64,000 nucleotides of DNA from an uncultured virus (IMG/VR IMGVR_UViG_3300033571_018919) (IMGVR_UViG_3300033571_018919:62001-126000), one strand, 5' to 3'. Shown: positions 26,282-36,651, numbered from the stretch's first letter. Notes: generated by a model from the letters alone, not told the origin. Numbers and translations: made by a program.

Positions 26282-28314
26282 GTTTAACACCGTTAAAAGT
26301 TAATACATTAGGAGCATTAGTACAGAATCAAGGATTATACATAAATCCAGAATCTGTAGGGTACATGGGTTCGAGTACTGCTCTTAATAATTACACTAAA
26401 GGTTCTTTAATAAGTTTAAACAGTTTAGGTATTTTAAGTGATGCTATACGACTAGCATTTACTAAAATTGGCAGTGGCGTTACTTCAAGCACTTATAACA
26501 ATCTTATTTCTATTGGCTCCGCAAGTATACCTATATTAGGGTTATCTAAGCCATCAACTTATACAAATACATATACAGGCGAGATAACTAGTTATGGTTG
26601 GCTTAGACTGTTTCCTTATCAAGCTCACAAAGAATTCTATATTAACAACGGAAGTTACAGTGATTTCTTAGCAACATTTAACAGTTCGTATGGCACTTTT
26701 GTTTTACAAAATGAAACTATAAATGCTCTGAATAAATCTACAACATATTTAGATGGCATCTACAGTAATATGAATGATTTAATTACTGGTGATATTACTG
26801 GAGTAAGTTTAAGTACATTTTATTGGGGACAAGATTTAATTAGTTTAGGTAAAGCTTTAGACTTATTATACATTGATAAATTTGGAAATCCACAAAATTT
26901 ATTAATGACATTATATAAAAATCAGGCACTAACTACAGCGGTAAATACCTGTCTTTTAAGTGCCGGCTTAACGTCAACTGATATCGCAAGTTTAAGCAAT
27001 GGTGTTCCTGCTACAACGGAACAACTAAAATTATTGTATGCTGCATTTTCTTTAATTATTGGAAATGATTTAAGTGATGTTTGTGTGCCATTGAATTGTC
27101 AAACACAAGGATTAGAAACTTTAGCTGATTTATTGGATCCTAAAAAGTTATTTCCAAACAGTTATGCAACACTCACATACCCCAAATATAACAGTATACC
27201 ATTACCAACAAATAGTAAAACATACTTTTTAATTTATTCAGGAAATGAAGTTAACGTAGACAATAGTACAAACATTGGGCAACGACTTTTAAACATTATA
27301 CCACCTGAAATTGCTTATGCCGCAGATGCATTTGCAATAAGTATGATGCAAATTAAAAACATAAAAACAACTAGTATTGAAAAATTTAGTCAAGTAGTTA
27401 CTAATTTAGAAAATGTAAGCGATTTACAAAATGTAAATGGAACTAACATTCCTACTAATACCGGTTTCGCTAATGCAGCTATCACACAAATAGCAAAAGG
27501 TTCGGGAAAAAATAACCTTTACACAATGTGTGATTTTTTTGGTTCTATGACTAGTTTACATTACAATTGGAAATTATTAAATGATAGTTTATCGGGTTTA
27601 ATTTCCGTTTCACTTGCATCAATATACACAAACATGTATAGTTTACTTGCTGGACCCGGTCCATATACTAATTTGCAAAATTTTATTACACAAGCCAATA
27701 ATGAAATTATAAATATTTTGGATGCGAATCTAAGTAAAGGTAGTGCAATAAATGCGATTTATAATGATTTTGGAACTAAGTTAACCAAAGAAGAAAATGC
27801 AAGAAGTTTGGCTTTAGGAAATTTAACGGAATTACAAAGTAGTGTTAATGACACTGTTTTGTTTATTGATAATCTGCAACAGTATGCAAATAATACTGAA
27901 ATTGAAGGTGCTGCGCAGGTACTAGAAAATATAGCAGATATAACAACAGAAGGAGGAAATAATTTAATTGCGGCCATGCGTGAGGCGAGAAACGCACAAA
28001 GGTTAGGTTTAGCTGGGTTAACTCAAGATAATCAAATTCTTGTAGGAACAACTTTAGCTTTGCCTAGGGTATCAGGATCAACATTGAATGAATCCCCTAT
28101 AGAAGGATACCCCAATAGCGACACTCTAAATGATATTCCTATCATTACGGGTGCTGCAACAGTTTTAGGAAGCCTAGCAGGCTCATCTGAAACTACGTTA
28201 GTACCAGACAATCTCAGTATATTAGTCCAACCATCGGACAAGTCTGTACTAGCACCAGACATAGCAGTAGAAGAGGTAACTCTTTGTAACTGTGATTGCT
28301 GGGATCTTTTATGA
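26278..28314 (+). CDS. Hypothetical protein, probably virion structural
   Basis: Long Asn/Ser/Thr/Leu-rich ORF coupled to the PAAR gene (ATGA at 26278); ends in CNCDCWDLL. Confidence 0.7.
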   Translation: MSLTPLKVNTLGALVQNQGLYINPESVGYMGSSTALNNYTKGSLISLNSLGILSDAIRLAFTKIGSGVTSSTYNNLISIGSASIPILGLSKPSTYTNTYTGEITSYGWLRLFPYQAHKEFYINNGSYSDFLATFNSSYGTFVLQNETINALNKSTTYLDGIYSNMNDLITGDITGVSLSTFYWGQDLISLGKALDLLYIDKFGNPQNLLMTLYKNQALTTAVNTCLLSAGLTSTDIASLSNGVPATTEQLKLLYAAFSLIIGNDLSDVCVPLNCQTQGLETLADLLDPKKLFPNSYATLTYPKYNSIPLPTNSKTYFLIYSGNEVNVDNSTNIGQRLLNIIPPEIAYAADAFAISMMQIKNIKTTSIEKFSQVVTNLENVSDLQNVNGTNIPTNTGFANAAITQIAKGSGKNNLYTMCDFFGSMTSLHYNWKLLNDSLSGLISVSLASIYTNMYSLLAGPGPYTNLQNFITQANNEIINILDANLSKGSAINAIYNDFGTKLTKEENARSLALGNLTELQSSVNDTVLFIDNLQQYANNTEIEGAAQVLENIADITTEGGNNLIAAMREARNAQRLGLAGLTQDNQILVGTTLALPRVSGSTLNESPIEGYPNSDTLNDIPIITGAATVLGSLAGSSETTLVPDNLSILVQPSDKSVLAPDIAVEEVTLCNCDCWDLL

Positions 28315-28392
28315 TAAGTTATTAATTTAACCGCTGTCATTGTGTAAACTAACAACTGTGGGTGTCCAACATCCATGGAAGAAAGGAGATAA

Positions 28393-28929
28393 ATGATGCA
28401 CAATTTTTATAATAAGGTTAGGGCCCTTTTAATGCCCACAATCGTAGTTTTGGGATTTACTACATGTATCCCATTAGCAGCAAGTATGGATAATGTTCGT
28501 CGGCACCATAAGAAAATGGTAAACGTAGAACAAGTGAAGTGTTTAGCAACTAATATTTTTTATGAGGCTCGAATGGAGCCATTAGCGGGTCAAGCCGCAG
28601 TTGCTAGAGTAGTAGTAAATCGAGTTAAACATGGATTTGCTTCTACCCCTTGCAAGGTAATTTATCAGTCAAATTACTTTAACAGGGGAAATGATATGAA
28701 AGTAAAAGTTTGTCAATTTTCATGGGTTTGTGAAAAGCTAGGAAAACCAAAAGAAAATGATCCTCGCTTTAAACAAGCTATGCAAATTGCATATGACGTA
28801 TTGGCACATGACAAGTATAAAGAGGTTGTGCCAAAGTCAACACTTTTCTTCCATGCTACGCACGTGTCACCAGAATGGAAGTATAAAAAGGTTAAAAAAA
28901 TAGGTAACCATATTTTTTACAGTAAGTAG
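28393..28929 (+). CDS. Cell wall hydrolase, SleB/Hydrolase_2 family
   Basis: CLATNIFYEAR.E...GQAAVARVVVNRV...CQFSW...FFHA...IGNHIFY; hydrophobic N-terminus; SD AAGGAG. Confidence 0.9.
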   Translation: MMHNFYNKVRALLMPTIVVLGFTTCIPLAASMDNVRRHHKKMVNVEQVKCLATNIFYEARMEPLAGQAAVARVVVNRVKHGFASTPCKVIYQSNYFNRGNDMKVKVCQFSWVCEKLGKPKENDPRFKQAMQIAYDVLAHDKYKEVVPKSTLFFHATHVSPEWKYKKVKKIGNHIFYSK

Positions 28930-28953
28930 TCGTTTATATGAATTCTGTAAAAA

Positions 28954-28961
28954 TATAAATA
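28954..28961 (+). promoter_or_regulatory. T4-type late promoter TATAAATA upstream of the small-ORF/iscU/iscA operon
   Basis: Exact TATAAATA in the intergenic gap, followed by AGGAG and ATG 28983. Confidence 0.6.
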
Positions 28962-28982
28962 AAGCATAATAGGAGAACTATC

Positions 28983-29099
28983 ATGCTTGAAACACTATTT
29001 TGGTTAGCTGTGGGAATGTTTATAGGATGGAACTTCCCACAGCCTGAATTCGCAAAAAATATACAATCTCGATTGTTAAACAGTTTTAGGAAAGACTAA
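28983..29099 (+). CDS. Small membrane protein (38 aa), not in the ORF track
   Basis: MLETLFWLAVGMFIGWNFPQPEFAKNIQSRLLNSFRKD; SD AGGAG; stop lies 1 nt before the iscU ATG. Confidence 0.75.
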   Translation: MLETLFWLAVGMFIGWNFPQPEFAKNIQSRLLNSFRKD

Positions 29100-29100
29100 C

Positions 29101-29481
29101 ATGGCTTATTCGGAAAAGGTTCTAGATCATTATGAAAATCCCAGAAACGTGGGTAGTTTTGATGCTAGCGATCTGTCCATTGGCACTGGTCTTGTTGGTG
29201 CACCTGCTTGCGGTGATGTTTTAAAACTTCAAATAAAAGTAGAAAATGATATTATCACAGACGCAAAATTCAAAACGTATGGCTGCGGGTCGGCGATTGC
29301 TAGTTCGTCGCTTGTTACGGAATGGCTTAAAGGAAAAACGCTTCAGGAAGCTGATGAAATTAAGAACACGCAAATTGCGGAAGAGTTGGCTCTCCCGCCA
29401 GTCAAAATTCACTGTTCAATATTGGCGGAAGATGCTATAAAATCTGCTATTAACGATTATAGGAAAAAGTGTTCGCTCTAA
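29101..29481 (+). CDS. iscU: Fe-S cluster scaffold IscU
   Basis: MAYSEKVLDHYENPRNVG, GAPACGD, KTYGCGSAIASSS and LPPVKIHC. Confidence 0.97.
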   Translation: MAYSEKVLDHYENPRNVGSFDASDLSIGTGLVGAPACGDVLKLQIKVENDIITDAKFKTYGCGSAIASSSLVTEWLKGKTLQEADEIKNTQIAEELALPPVKIHCSILAEDAIKSAINDYRKKCSL

Positions 29482-29669
29482 TAGTCATTGCGATTTTAAA
29501 TGGATCGCCAATTAATAAAAATGATGGTAGTTTAGTCATGTATTTTAATACTAGGCAAGAGTGTTTAGATGCCAAAGATAAAATTATAAATTCATGGCAA
29601 ATTACTAGATATCGTGTTTCTGCTTCCTGCATTTATATTAAACCTTATAAAAATGATTACACTAACTGA
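29469..29669 (+). CDS. Small hypothetical protein
   Basis: 66-aa ORF filling the iscU-iscA gap; hydrophobic N-terminus, FNTRQECL and ASC. Confidence 0.55.
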   Translation: MFALIVIAILNGSPINKNDGSLVMYFNTRQECLDAKDKIINSWQITRYRVSASCIYIKPYKNDYTN

Positions 29670-29979
29670 AACTGCTGCAAATAGAATTAAACAGCAAATA
29701 TCTAAACGGGGTAAGGGTGAGGGCATCTTATTGGGCGTTAGAACAACCGGATGCTCAGGTCTAGCTTATAAGTTAGAATATGTAGACCAACCACCTGTAA
29801 CAAGAGACTACATGCAATACACAAGTAACGGAGTTAATATTTGGATAAATGGTAGAGATTTACCATATATTGACGGATTAACAATGGAATATAAAAGAGA
29901 AGGCTTAAATGAGGGTTTTGATTTTATTAATCCAAAAGAAAAAGATCGTTGTGGTTGCGGAGAAAGTTTTAGAGTATAA
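29653..29979 (+). CDS. iscA: Fe-S cluster assembly A-type carrier IscA
   Basis: MITLTETAA, GVRTTGCSGLAY and C-terminal CGCGESF; start moved to the Met at 29653. Confidence 0.95.
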   Translation: MITLTETAANRIKQQISKRGKGEGILLGVRTTGCSGLAYKLEYVDQPPVTRDYMQYTSNGVNIWINGRDLPYIDGLTMEYKREGLNEGFDFINPKEKDRCGCGESFRV

Positions 29980-29999
29980 AATTTAGTGATACATACTGT

Positions 30000-30872
30000 A
30001 TGACTAAACAAAAATCTAAATCTAAACAAAAGCAATTTGATGTAAATGAACATCTAGATACTCTTAAACCAATATTAGGAACCACAGATACTAAAGTTGG
30101 TGAAATGTTGGTTTACAAGAATGATAACATAATCAGTCTGTCATTAGCATTATATGGCGAGTATTGTCATGCAGAAGTTGACATTATGTCACGCTATTTG
30201 GATAATACTAGTATATATGTTGATGTTGGCACAAACATCGGTTATCATGCCCTCGCAGTGTTTACACAAACAGGATGTCATGTAAGAGGATTCGAACCTC
30301 ACCCTACTCATTTTTCTGTTGCTGCATATAATTGCAGAGATAAACCAATAAGAATTTATAATACGGCAGTGGGAAATAATAATGGTACTATCACTTTACA
30401 AGATTTTGATCCTGAGAGTTTTGGTAATTATGGCGAGATAAAATTTGATAATAGTGGTACAATAAATGCAAGCATTATTAGACTTGATGATTTAGAAGAA
30501 TTAACACATTGTGACTTAATAAAAATAGATGTAGAAGGTTTAGAGCTAGATGTATTGCATGGAGCTACACGACTTTTAAACTCAAGTAGACCTGTTATAT
30601 TTTATGAAGCAATAGATAGAGAAAATTACGAACCTTGCCTAAGCTATTTACGTGATATGCAATATAAACAATATTGGGTTACATGTAGAAACAAACCATT
30701 GGCACCTACTTACAAACAAACAGATGAAAATCCTTTTGAGGCATATGGTGTAAGCAATATTTTAGCAGTACCAGCTGAAAAAGAACAACCAATCGATTTG
30801 GCTCCAGTTGTTGAAGGGGAAAGTTTTTTAGAAATGATTACAAGGTACCAAAATTACAAACTATTGTTTTGA
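30000..30872 (+). CDS. FkbM-family methyltransferase
   Basis: VDVGTNIGYH, GFEP, IKIDVEGLELDVLHGA and RPVIFYE. Confidence 0.9.
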   Translation: MTKQKSKSKQKQFDVNEHLDTLKPILGTTDTKVGEMLVYKNDNIISLSLALYGEYCHAEVDIMSRYLDNTSIYVDVGTNIGYHALAVFTQTGCHVRGFEPHPTHFSVAAYNCRDKPIRIYNTAVGNNNGTITLQDFDPESFGNYGEIKFDNSGTINASIIRLDDLEELTHCDLIKIDVEGLELDVLHGATRLLNSSRPVIFYEAIDRENYEPCLSYLRDMQYKQYWVTCRNKPLAPTYKQTDENPFEAYGVSNILAVPAEKEQPIDLAPVVEGESFLEMITRYQNYKLLF

Positions 30873-31477
30873 TCAGTTATATAGCTAAATTCAATCACAA
30901 AAACTATTCTAGGCTCATCACTTTTATGCTCTGATACTGTATGCCACGCTTTAGTTTCGTGAAATAATAAATCACCCTCTTTAATATTTTGCCATATTAA
31001 ATTTTCTGATTTTATTTCATGATTTCTAGCATGAGCCCACCCATCTTTTACGAATCCAAAGTCTGCACTATTATGCGGGGCTAACGGATAAAAAACTGCC
31101 ATGGCATGGCTATCAGGATCGTGATCATGCACGTTTCCTGAACAGCCCTTCCAAATTTTATTTGTCCAAGCTCTAAAATATTTTATACCGGTTGCATTAG
31201 GATGTCCAAAATAATCACTAACACTTAATGCCTGTTTTTCAAACCACTTCTTAAATGGTTCTATTCCTTCAACATTTTTAAATAAGAAATAATTCTCTAA
31301 TCTAAATGTACTAATACCTACACCGTTTTGATCTTCTAAACAAGGACATAATTTAGGATCAGAAAATAGCTTATCTAAACCTTCAGTAATAGTTGGTCCT
31401 TTATAAATTGCTTCATCATCGCAATGTGTTCTTGCTACTTTATAATCAAATACGTTATATCTTTGCATTATTTCCAC
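30854..31477 (-). CDS. Fe(II)/2-oxoglutarate oxygenase-like protein
   Basis: AWTN...HDH...AVFY...EGDLLFH...WHTV...EPRIVF double-stranded beta-helix pattern. Confidence 0.7.
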   Translation of the reverse strand: MEIMQRYNVFDYKVARTHCDDEAIYKGPTITEGLDKLFSDPKLCPCLEDQNGVGISTFRLENYFLFKNVEGIEPFKKWFEKQALSVSDYFGHPNATGIKYFRAWTNKIWKGCSGNVHDHDPDSHAMAVFYPLAPHNSADFGFVKDGWAHARNHEIKSENLIWQNIKEGDLLFHETKAWHTVSEHKSDEPRIVFVIEFSYITDQNNSL

Positions 31478-32034
31478 CTTGGATATTTATTTAAAACTTC
31501 GTAAAACTTATCGGGAAACAATTCCCAAACTGTCTGTTCGTGGCCTCTGTAAAAAACTGTTTTAACCCTTCTCATCATACCTTCTTTTTCCATCAATGGC
31601 GCAAATATATTGTGAACCTTACGTTGCGTTCCAATTTCTGATTCATTGCTTGTAATGTATAATTTAGAATTTTTTGGGGCCCATTCAATGCATTTGGGAA
31701 TTAAAAATTGTGCTGTTGGATTTTGATTATCTGTAATTACTTTTTTTGTGCGTAAAGCAGATCCGTAAGAACCATCTATTTTGTCTGTGAATACGCATGT
31801 CCTAGCAGCTATCCTATAGGAATTAGGGCCCATTACATCATCAAAACTATGAGCAGCTACACTACCTATTGCATCATTTTTATAATACAATATCCAAATT
31901 TGTTTTTCTCTTTCATTGCTAAAGCAATCAACTAATTTTTCTTTGCTTATATTGTTGATAAATCCCCTACGTGAAGCTTCAGCGTAGAATTCAGATAAGT
32001 CTAAATTTTTATCCCATGCAATTAAATTAAACAT
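31468..32034 (-). CDS. Hypothetical protein, possible GNAT-like acyltransferase
   Basis: WILYY..AIGSVAAH...YRIAARTC...LYITSN strand order recalls GNAT; TAAATA 5 nt upstream of the ATG. Confidence 0.5.
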   Translation of the reverse strand: MFNLIAWDKNLDLSEFYAEASRRGFINNISKEKLVDCFSNEREKQIWILYYKNDAIGSVAAHSFDDVMGPNSYRIAARTCVFTDKIDGSYGSALRTKKVITDNQNPTAQFLIPKCIEWAPKNSKLYITSNESEIGTQRKVHNIFAPLMEKEGMMRRVKTVFYRGHEQTVWELFPDKFYEVLNKYPRWK

Positions 32035-32039
32035 TTAAA

Positions 32040-32069
32040 TATTTAACATAAAAAAGTAGCATATAAATA
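32040..32069. promoter_or_regulatory. Back-to-back TAAATA late-promoter motifs driving divergent, apparently leaderless genes
   Basis: TATTTA 32040-32045 (5 nt from the minus-strand ATG 32034) and TATAAATA 32062-32069 (5 nt before ATG 32075). Confidence 0.65.
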
Positions 32070-32074
32070 TAGTT

Positions 32075-32977
32075 ATGCAAACGATCAATTCTGAACTCAT
32101 TAATTCTAATCCTAATTATCAAAAATATTTTCCATTTCTGACTTCTGAAACTTATGTTCCCAAAATTGAACCAAAATTTCATTTAAATTGGGGAAAGGAT
32201 TTTAACGTATTTTGTATTGGTAGTTGCTTTGCTAGAGAGATTGAACTAGAACTACAACATAAAAATTGTAATGTACAAACGTTAGTACCACTGGCCTCTT
32301 TTGAAAATAATGGATTAATGTCGTTGATGAATGAATACAATGCAGGTTCTATAGCCCAACGAATTAAATGGGCGTTTGAATCGAATGATATTGGCGACAA
32401 AAGCATTTATTTAAAAAATGAAAAATATGTAGACCTACTTTTAAATAGTGAAAAGTCACATGATATAGAATGGATTATTGAAAGAAGAAAAAGAATTAAT
32501 GAAGTATATAAAACCCTTCCTGACGCAAATCTCGTAATTATTACTTTAGGATTAACTGAAGTATGGTATGATAAAGAAACTAATTTTTATTTAAATAGAA
32601 TACCACCTTTTAATGTTGATCCATCGAGGTACGAATTAAGAATTTTAGATGTAAAAAATTGTTTTGAGTTATTAAACACAGCACTTAAGAAAATTACAGA
32701 TATTAATATTCCAATAGTCTTGACCATAAGCCCGGTACCCTTAAAGGTTACATTTAGTGGTAAAGATCCTATAATAGCGAATGAAGAAAGTAAAAGCACC
32801 TTACGTTTAGTTGCATCAATGTTATCTGATTCTAATCCTTTAATTGATTATTTTCCTTCATTTGAGACAGTCAAAATAGGAGGATTAGAAAACTACTATG
32901 ATGGCGGAATTCACGTTAAATTTGAATTGGTTGAAGAAATAGTAAATCATATGATTAACCTATATCAAGCCTCTTAA
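32075..32977 (+). CDS. GSCFA-domain protein (SGNH-like)
   Basis: Literal IGSCFA motif, ITLGLTEVW, LTISPVPL, SKSTLR and YFPSFE. Confidence 0.9.
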   Translation: MQTINSELINSNPNYQKYFPFLTSETYVPKIEPKFHLNWGKDFNVFCIGSCFAREIELELQHKNCNVQTLVPLASFENNGLMSLMNEYNAGSIAQRIKWAFESNDIGDKSIYLKNEKYVDLLLNSEKSHDIEWIIERRKRINEVYKTLPDANLVIITLGLTEVWYDKETNFYLNRIPPFNVDPSRYELRILDVKNCFELLNTALKKITDINIPIVLTISPVPLKVTFSGKDPIIANEESKSTLRLVASMLSDSNPLIDYFPSFETVKIGGLENYYDGGIHVKFELVEEIVNHMINLYQAS

Positions 32978-33638
32978 TAAAATCTTCAGGATAGTTGTTT
33001 CTAAAACTTTGCCAACAAAGTTTTTCTAGTAAAGAAAATGGTTGAGGTTGATCCCAAACTATACCTAATTTTTCTGTGTTCTCTTTTAGTATATTTCGTC
33101 TTGTAGAATAAATGTGGCTTTCAACATCTTTAATACTAAACCATGGCTCAGATTCATGATAAGTAAAAAAATAGTTAATACTTTTTAGTTTACCATCCAC
33201 TACAAAATAACTGCTGGGGTGCATACTATATTTGTATAATCCTAAAGATTTATGAGCCCTAATAATGTTTAACATTTGATCTTGCCAATCAGGTAATACA
33301 CTATCATAATTTTCTGTAACACAACCAGCTCGCTCCCAAAAATCAGGACCGTCTATTTCTAAATAAATCTTTTTATTGATTAAATCAATCTGTTTTATTT
33401 TAGGAACCAAATTAGGATATTCATTAGACATTAAATAGATGTATTGTAATTCTCTAGCCCATTTTTCTTCCATTTTTTCAGGGTCTACTACCTCATTTTG
33501 TCCCTTATGATATTCTGTGTCATTATAATACCACTGTACAAACGTTTTTTTGTCCTCTGAAATAAGGCTTGTGTAAATTAAATTGTTTCTACATTGTCCA
33601 ACATTAGGAACATTATTATAATAATAATTATAGTTCAT
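32955..33638 (-). CDS. Protein-kinase-like fold protein (degenerate catalytic loop); paralog of 47588-48247
   Basis: WARELQY...VPKIKQID...KIYLE...KYSMHPSSYFVVDGKLKSINYF. Confidence 0.5.
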   Translation of the reverse strand: MNYNYYYNNVPNVGQCRNNLIYTSLISEDKKTFVQWYYNDTEYHKGQNEVVDPEKMEEKWARELQYIYLMSNEYPNLVPKIKQIDLINKKIYLEIDGPDFWERAGCVTENYDSVLPDWQDQMLNIIRAHKSLGLYKYSMHPSSYFVVDGKLKSINYFFTYHESEPWFSIKDVESHIYSTRRNILKENTEKLGIVWDQPQPFSLLEKLCWQSFRNNYPEDFIKRLDIG

Positions 33639-34134
33639 CTAAAAATTCTGTAACTTGTAGTACATATCTTGTTGTGTAGCCAATGTTTGCAGACCCATGA
33701 TAAGCATCTTGTTTTGCATAAGCAAAAACATCTCCTGCTTTATAGTTCGTAATTAACTCATCGTTAATTATAAAAACATGCCCTGATTCGTAATCAGTCC
33801 ATGGCATCCAGTATCTCACTACATTTTTTTCTACGTCAGGATCTTGATGCATATTCATATATTGTGCAGGCATCATTTTAACCATCCACCAATAATAATT
33901 ATTGGTAGTTATCCAAGGAGGAACAATATCAAATGGAACATTAGTGTGTTTAAAATACCAAAAATGCACCGCCGTCATATCATAACCAGATTCTGCTGCA
34001 CGTTTATAAACGTTAGTATGATATTGATCTATTGGAATCGAAGGTGGACGCGGTTGTCCTTGAGTGTTTTTAAAGAACTCTATCCACTCAGGTTTCACCC
34101 AATCAATGTAGTTGCCGATATATCGTAATCCCAT
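33628..34134 (-). CDS. Fe(II)/2OG oxygenase-like protein (cupin/beta-helix)
   Basis: KMMPAQYMNMHQD...RYWMP...YHGSANIG facial triad HxD...H. Confidence 0.7.
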   Translation of the reverse strand: MGLRYIGNYIDWVKPEWIEFFKNTQGQPRPPSIPIDQYHTNVYKRAAESGYDMTAVHFWYFKHTNVPFDIVPPWITTNNYYWWMVKMMPAQYMNMHQDPDVEKNVVRYWMPWTDYESGHVFIINDELITNYKAGDVFAYAKQDAYHGSANIGYTTRYVLQVTEFLDEL

Positions 34135-34139
34135 TCAAA

Positions 34140-34169
34140 TATTTATAGAATGATAATAGTCGATAAATA
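34140..34169. promoter_or_regulatory. Back-to-back TAAATA motifs for divergent leaderless genes
   Basis: TATTTA 34140-34145 (5 nt from ATG 34134, minus strand) and TAAATA 34164-34169 (5 nt before ATG 34175). Confidence 0.65.
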
Positions 34170-34174
34170 TTTTA

Positions 34175-34975
34175 ATGATAAGAGGAATTAATAATAAACC
34201 ATATTTTGATATGGAAGCATATATCGATATGGATACATTTGATACACTACAGCCAGAAATTTATCGTGGTTTTGCAGAAGCAAGAGAATTCGCCAAAGAA
34301 GGCACATGGATGACGCCAGGCTTTACATTTGAAAATATGAGTTATCAATTATCATGGAAGCCTATATATCAATCAATACAAGATTTTTTAGCATTACCCG
34401 ATGATGATCCAATTAAACAAGGTGGTATTGATCTATATCGTGACTTTGATAACTTTGAAATAAGAAATAAATTTACTAGGTATGTGAAGATGGCTATGGG
34501 AGGATACGATCCATACATCTATTATTTTTTATGGGAACAAGGCTCATGGGATGATAGAACTGCTCCTAGAAAACTAACACCAGAGGCAAAGTATTTTCCT
34601 AACGTAGTAAATTGGGTAGAAAAAATGACAGGATCAATATTTACTGATATAGGTCGTGTTATATTTTTTCACTGTGAAGCAGATGGAATCCCTTTTGAAC
34701 ACAGAGACCTAGATGCAAAAAATGGCATCAATGTTGTTAAACCTCATCGTAATGAATTTATTCACATTCGTCCTAACACAAAAAAAGCTTTTTATATTTG
34801 GGACCCTGAAAAGAAAAATAAAATTTACATTAATACTAGAGCTGCTTGGTGGAATGATACAGATTGGCACGGCGGAGAACGTATTATGGAACAAAGTTAT
34901 GCTCTAAGAATTGATGGCACATTTACAGATGAATTTCGTAAAAAATTAGGTATAAGTAATTTAGAATATTATTAA
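34175..34975 (+). CDS. Fe(II)/2OG oxygenase-like protein
   Basis: GRVIFF...FEHRD...WNDTDWHG...YALRIDG HxD...H triad. Confidence 0.6.
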   Translation: MIRGINNKPYFDMEAYIDMDTFDTLQPEIYRGFAEAREFAKEGTWMTPGFTFENMSYQLSWKPIYQSIQDFLALPDDDPIKQGGIDLYRDFDNFEIRNKFTRYVKMAMGGYDPYIYYFLWEQGSWDDRTAPRKLTPEAKYFPNVVNWVEKMTGSIFTDIGRVIFFHCEADGIPFEHRDLDAKNGINVVKPHRNEFIHIRPNTKKAFYIWDPEKKNKIYINTRAAWWNDTDWHGGERIMEQSYALRIDGTFTDEFRKKLGISNLEYY

Positions 34976-36096
34976 AATTTGTCAATAAGATCCGGAACCA
35001 TATCAAACAAATCTAATTTTCTTTCTTCGGCTAGTCTTAAAGAATTTATTTGAAAAGCCTTCCATTTTTCATCTGACGATTCTTTTTTATAAAGATATTT
35101 TATACTATCATCAAACGGATTACTATTTTTAGCCCAAATACCAGTAACAGAATCTCTCCAAATTTTTAATTTTTTCTCAAGACCCTTTTTATACTCATTT
35201 GGAATAATTGATATTTCTTGCCAATTTGGATTATTTAAAAAATCAAAATCAAATACTATATTTGGAAATTTATGCTTCATTTCAACAACAAAGTCTCCTA
35301 AGGTCCATATATTATAGCAATTTATAACAGTATGGCACATCAAAATTATATTGGGAAAGTTCTCCCATCTTTCGTAGTATTTTCGAATATTGTTTTCTAC
35401 TGTTTTATTATCTGTAGGCCATCTATACCACTCATTTACTGATCCTAAACCATCAACGCTTAAAAAATAATGAACAGCTTTGCATTTTTCTAATAATGTT
35501 AATAATTTGTCATTTGGAAAAATAGTACAATTTGTTGTTAATGTAAAGGTTAAATTTTCTAATTTTGTTTTTTCTAATAAAGATATACACTTATCTTGTT
35601 CTAATAATGGTTCTCCTCCTACAATTTTTAACACACTCAATTTTTGTAAATCTAATTGTGCGTAATTAAAATTTGTTGATACTTTTTGAGGTTGTATCAA
35701 TATTCTTTTGTGTTTAAAATCTTCAGCACCCCATTTAGATGAAAGTTGTGAATCACAATGCACACATGCAAGATTGCATGTATTACTGAATCCGATATCT
35801 AAAAATTCTAATTGGACATCTTTTGGTTCTTTAAACCATTCAAGAAACATTTTTCTATTACTAGTAGATCCTAATTTTTCTGAGTTATAGCATTTTTGAC
35901 AGCCCTCAATCGGCCGTCCCTCTAACATATTTTTTCTAATATTTTCCCAACTCTCACTATTTAAAAAATCTATTTTGACGGTTGATTCTTTTAAAAATTT
36001 TTCATTTGGAGAAAAACTACAACATGGTCGTACAGAATCATCTGGAAAAACTGCTGCTGCCAACCACGGCGCTGTACAAATAGTAGAGTTAGTCAT
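34972..36096 (-). CDS. Radical SAM protein with N-terminal twitch/SPASM-like Cys domain
   Basis: CTAPW...RPCC...GCQKC followed by CNLACVHC and GGEPLL. Confidence 0.9.
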   Translation of the reverse strand: MTNSTICTAPWLAAAVFPDDSVRPCCSFSPNEKFLKESTVKIDFLNSESWENIRKNMLEGRPIEGCQKCYNSEKLGSTSNRKMFLEWFKEPKDVQLEFLDIGFSNTCNLACVHCDSQLSSKWGAEDFKHKRILIQPQKVSTNFNYAQLDLQKLSVLKIVGGEPLLEQDKCISLLEKTKLENLTFTLTTNCTIFPNDKLLTLLEKCKAVHYFLSVDGLGSVNEWYRWPTDNKTVENNIRKYYERWENFPNIILMCHTVINCYNIWTLGDFVVEMKHKFPNIVFDFDFLNNPNWQEISIIPNEYKKGLEKKLKIWRDSVTGIWAKNSNPFDDSIKYLYKKESSDEKWKAFQINSLRLAEERKLDLFDMVPDLIDKF

Positions 36097-36650
36097 GTAG
36101 TTTGATAAGATTTTTCAGCAAAGTTTTTTAACTCTAGGGTTTCTTTTAAAGTAAATTCAATCGAAAATATTTTTGGTATTTTTAACCACAAATCAATAAC
36201 ATCATTTATTTCACTAAAAGTGGTAATATATTTTGAATCTACTTTAATTGGCAAGGTTGCATTTTCGCAAAAGGATAATTTTAGGTATAATATATTGCAT
36301 ACGTTTTTATCTGAATTCTTAGATAATTTTTTACACTGGTTTTCTAATTGTAACTTATTTTCATATTCAATATCTAATCGGGAATAATCAGCACTTACTG
36401 ATCCTAATACTATCATATTACCTACCTGTGTATAAAGACTATTTAACAAATTAAGCTGTCCATTTTTACTACAAGCACAGTTTACAAATATGTCACACTG
36501 ATTAGCTTGGTCTATTATTTTATCGAAATCATTATTGATATCATATCCATTTGATCTTGACATTCCTTTGACTTCAAATCCCTTAGAGATAAAATGATTG
36601 TATATTGATTTTCCTATTCCATTTGTATGCCCTGTAACAATGCATTTCAT
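36093..36650 (-). CDS. Short-chain dehydrogenase/reductase-like protein
   Basis: IVTGHTNGIG Rossmann motif, DIFVNCA and YENK. Confidence 0.75.
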   Translation of the reverse strand: MKCIVTGHTNGIGKSIYNHFISKGFEVKGMSRSNGYDINNDFDKIIDQANQCDIFVNCACSKNGQLNLLNSLYTQVGNMIVLGSVSADYSRLDIEYENKLQLENQCKKLSKNSDKNVCNILYLKLSFCENATLPIKVDSKYITTFSEINDVIDLWLKIPKIFSIEFTLKETLELKNFAEKSYQTT

Positions 36651-36651
36651 A

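Noticed and set aside
25718..26290. 190-aa minus-strand ORF
   Set aside because: Overlaps the well-supported PAAR gene and its upstream neighbour on the plus strand
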